The position numbers and the translations under genes are program-made. 39,363 bases of DNA from a virus, in the IMG/VR virus record IMGVR_UViG_3300035156_000166, positions 1 to 39,363 of that record; one strand, given 5' to 3'. The number at the start of each line of letters is the position of its first letter. Positions within the stretch are counted from its first letter, which is position 1. A model generated the notes under the pieces. It ran no database searches. It had not been told where the DNA came from and saw only the letters and a list, made by a program, of their open reading frames with translations. Positions 37,385-39,363 of this stretch are shown piece by piece.

Positions 37385-39363
37385 GATCGCCTCCTCCGGA
37401 AGTTAACGGCAGGCCGGTCGAGCTGCAACGTTATCTCGATCGTACCGCGTCTGCGGAAGATCACGGCGGGACGCTCGAGCGTGAGCGTGACGTCGATCGT
37501 GCCGCGAACGTCGCCCAGACCGACGCCCACGACGGACCAGAGACCGAGGCCGGAGCCGCTCGAGACCCTCGAGCCTTCGCCGGATCCGGTCAAGAGGATG
37601 ATCCCGGAGCCGTCGCCCTGCGGGATGGTGAGCACCGGAGCGGAGCCCGAGCCGGTGCTGGTGATGCTGACCACGGCGGAGCCCGAGCCGACGGAGCTCC
37701 GCGAGCCAAAGCCCGTGCCCGTGTAGCTGACCGTCCCGGTCGCCACGCCGAGCGGGACCTTGCTGCCGCTGCCCGTTCCCGAGACTGCCACGGTGCCCGA
37801 GCCGGAGCCCTGCCCGCCTGTCAGCGTCGGCGCGGTGCCGGACCCGCTGCCTTCTACCTGCAGGGTCGCGATCCCTGTCCCCTGAGCAAGCCTCGAGCCC
37901 GACCCGGCGCTCGAGAACTGTATCGCACCCGCCCCGTCGCCGCTCTTGAGGGTCGACCCTGCGCCAACTCCGGAGACCGCGACCGTGCCGCTGCCGCTGC
38001 CGGACCTCGAGGTGGTGCCAGTGCCGGAGCCGGAGACCGAGACCGTGCCCGTGCCGGAGCCGGAGCTGACGCCGACCGTCGGCGCGAAGCCGACGCCGGA
38101 GCCGGAGACCGCGACCGTGCCGACACCTGAGCCGGACTTGTCCGTGATGCCGTTGCCGGAGCCGACCACGGGCACAGAGCCCGTCCCTGAGCCCGCGGGC
38201 TGCTGAGATCCAGCACCCGAGCCGGAGACCGCTACAGCGCCCGCTCCCGCCCCGCTGCGCGCCGTTGTGCCGTCGCCGCTACCTGAGACCGCCCAGACGC
38301 CCGCGCCTGCGCCCTGAGCGATCCTCGCGCCGCTGCCGCTGCCTACGACAGAGACCGTGCCGGAGCCGTCGCCGTTCGGGACGCCGAGCACGGGTGCCGT
38401 GCCGGATCCAGCGCCGGTGACCGCGACCGTGCCCGCCCCGTCGCCTGTCGGTGCCTTGCTGCCGATGCCCGACCCGATGACCGCGACCGTGCCCGTGCCG
38501 GAGCCGGACCTCGAGGTGGTGCCAGCTCCCGATCCGGTGACGTCGACCGAGCCCGCGCCCTGCCCGCTCTTGACCGTCGACCCTGCGCCAGCTCCCGAGA
38601 CTGCCACGGTGCCCGTGCCGGAGCCCGTGTAAACGGTGCTGCCCGAACCTGAGCCGGAGACTGCGACCGTGCCGGTGCCCGACCCTGCCGGAGTGCGCGT
38701 GCCCGATCCGTCGCCAGAGATCGCTACGGTGCCGACGGCGGAGCCGCCAGCTACCCGCGTGCCCGACCCTGAGCCGGAGACCGCGACCGTGCCGGTGCCC
38801 GAGCCGGACTTGTCCGGAGTGCCGGAGAGGTAGTCAGCAACCGTGATGCCGTACTCATCGGAGAGGGCACTGTGAACAATGGCCCGGTCCCCAGCCGAGA
38901 GGACCGAGGAAAAGTCGACCACATCGCTGAGGTAGATGTTCGCGGGCTCGCCGCCGTCGGTCTTCGCGCCGAGGGTGAGCGAGGTCCCGGTCAGCGTGTG
39001 AGCCGTCGAGCTCGAGGCGTCGAGCGCTCCGTTGACGTAGATCGTGTTCGAGTTGGTCCCGTTGTCCGCGATGGTCAGGACGTACCACGTGTTGATCTGC
39101 GGGGTGAAGACACCGTTCGTCAGGAAGGTAACGTTCTGGACACCGGTACGGAAGCGCGGCGTGGCGTCGACGAGAGCCTGCAACAGCGAGGAAGTGACGT
39201 TCTGCGTCGCGCCCAGAGTCTTGAACCGCACCACCATGAACCGAGTAGTGGCGGTGTTCTGCGCGACCGGCGCGGTCATGTGGTTGATGCTTGCCGAGGA
39301 GAACTCGACCGCTGCCTTGCCGTTCGCCAGGAACGCACCGGTCGAGCGGTACGTCGGCTGCCG
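37381..39363 (-). CDS. C-terminal part of the wrap-around 991-aa ORF: second LamG-like domain plus 21 Gly/Ser-rich 20-aa units
   Basis: The track lists 37381..39279, but the frame stays open upstream to the window end and joins 1120->1. Confidence 0.8.
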   Translation of the reverse strand, partial: RQPTYRSTGAFLANGKAAVEFSSASINHMTAPVAQNTATTRFMVVRFKTLGATQNVTSSLLQALVDATPRFRTGVQNVTFLTNGVFTPQINTWYVLTIADNGTNSNTIYVNGALDASSSTAHTLTGTSLTLGAKTDGGEPANIYLSDVVDFSSVLSAGDRAIVHSALSDEYGITVADYLSGTPDKSGSGTGTVAVSGSGSGTRVAGGSAVGTVAISGDGSGTRTPAGSGTGTVAVSGSGSGSTVYTGSGTGTVAVSGAGAGSTVKSGQGAGSVDVTGSGAGTTSRSGSGTGTVAVIGSGIGSKAPTGDGAGTVAVTGAGSGTAPVLGVPNGDGSGTVSVVGSGSGARIAQGAGAGVWAVSGSGDGTTARSGAGAGAVAVSGSGAGSQQPAGSGTGSVPVVGSGNGITDKSGSGVGTVAVSGSGVGFAPTVGVSSGSGTGTVSVSGSGTGTTSRSGSGSGTVAVSGVGAGSTLKSGDGAGAIQFSSAGSGSRLAQGTGIATLQVEGSGSGTAPTLTGGQGSGSGTVAVSGTGSGSKVPLGVATGTVSYTGTGFGSRSSVGSGSAVVSITSTGSGSAPVLTIPQGDGSGIILLTGSGEGSRVSSGSGLGLWSVVGVGLGDVRGTIDVTLTLERPAVIFRRRGTIEITLQLDRPAVNFRRRRS
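37510..38800 (-). repeat. In-frame coding tandem repeat array (about 60-nt units) encoding GSGxGxVxVxGxGxG plus a 5-aa linker
   Basis: I counted 21 units in the protein. Every fourth or fifth linker is 9 aa (TAPVLGVPN, FAPTVGVSS, TAPTLTGGQ, SAPVLTIPQ). Confidence 0.8.
39237..39363. repeat. Right copy of the 127-bp terminal direct repeat
   Basis: Identical to 1-127. Confidence 0.95.

Noticed and set aside
37510-38800. Regular repeats of about 60 nt that could be mistaken for a CRISPR array
   Set aside because: The units are degenerate, contiguous and in frame within a long ORF. There is no conserved repeat alternating with unique spacers, and no leader or cas genes.

Overview
The window is a complete phage genome that closes on itself. 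Bases 1-127 are identical to 39237-39363, so the unique length is 39,236 bp. It is a high-GC (about two-thirds G+C by eye), siphovirus-type dsDNA phage. The host is most likely an actinobacterium, judging from leaderless-type promoters, an SSB-like C-terminal tip DEEPPF and the GC-rich codon usage.

Layout:
- Leftward late unit 1 (9758->3941): HTH/small-terminase-like protein, three small ORFs, large terminase, portal, scaffold, major capsid.
- A small rightward promoter-to-terminator cassette (3400-3877) is embedded between the late units.
- Leftward late unit 2 (3373->1, then wrapping 39236->21870): GH-A glycosidase, fibre-like proteins and a 991-aa LamG x2 / Gly-Ser-repeat protein that crosses the window ends. 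These are followed by head-tail connector genes, major tail protein, frameshifted tail chaperones, tape measure, minor tail proteins with an inserted HNH endonuclease, and a lysis cassette.
- Leftward replication/accessory block (13815->9811): RHH protein, prim-pol/SF3 helicase and a secreted-protein cassette.
- Rightward early block (13869-21787): PD-(D/E)XK exonuclease, SSB-like protein, a tRNA-like element, endonuclease VII, SprT-like protease, HTH proteins and many small Cys-rich or membrane ORFs.

I recognised no integrase, repressor, DNA polymerase or CRISPR array.

Most notable non-genic signals:
1. A 10-bp near-palindrome CGT(G/T)TAAACG is present about 21 times. It is often held in coding sequence by rare A/T-rich codons.
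2. A 102-bp AT-rich element with 16-bp iteron-like inverted arms is present twice. One copy abuts a perfect inverted pair of TTATCCACA DnaA-box consensus sequences at the 3' end of the primase gene.
3. A family of six near-identical consensus promoters (TTGACx-N16-18-TAGAGT-CGTAGACA) sits alongside six leaderless-type promoter/start arrangements.
4. A 104-nt tRNA-like gene has its anticodon arm replaced by about 50 nt.

Everything here was read by eye and hand-translated. No database searches were run.
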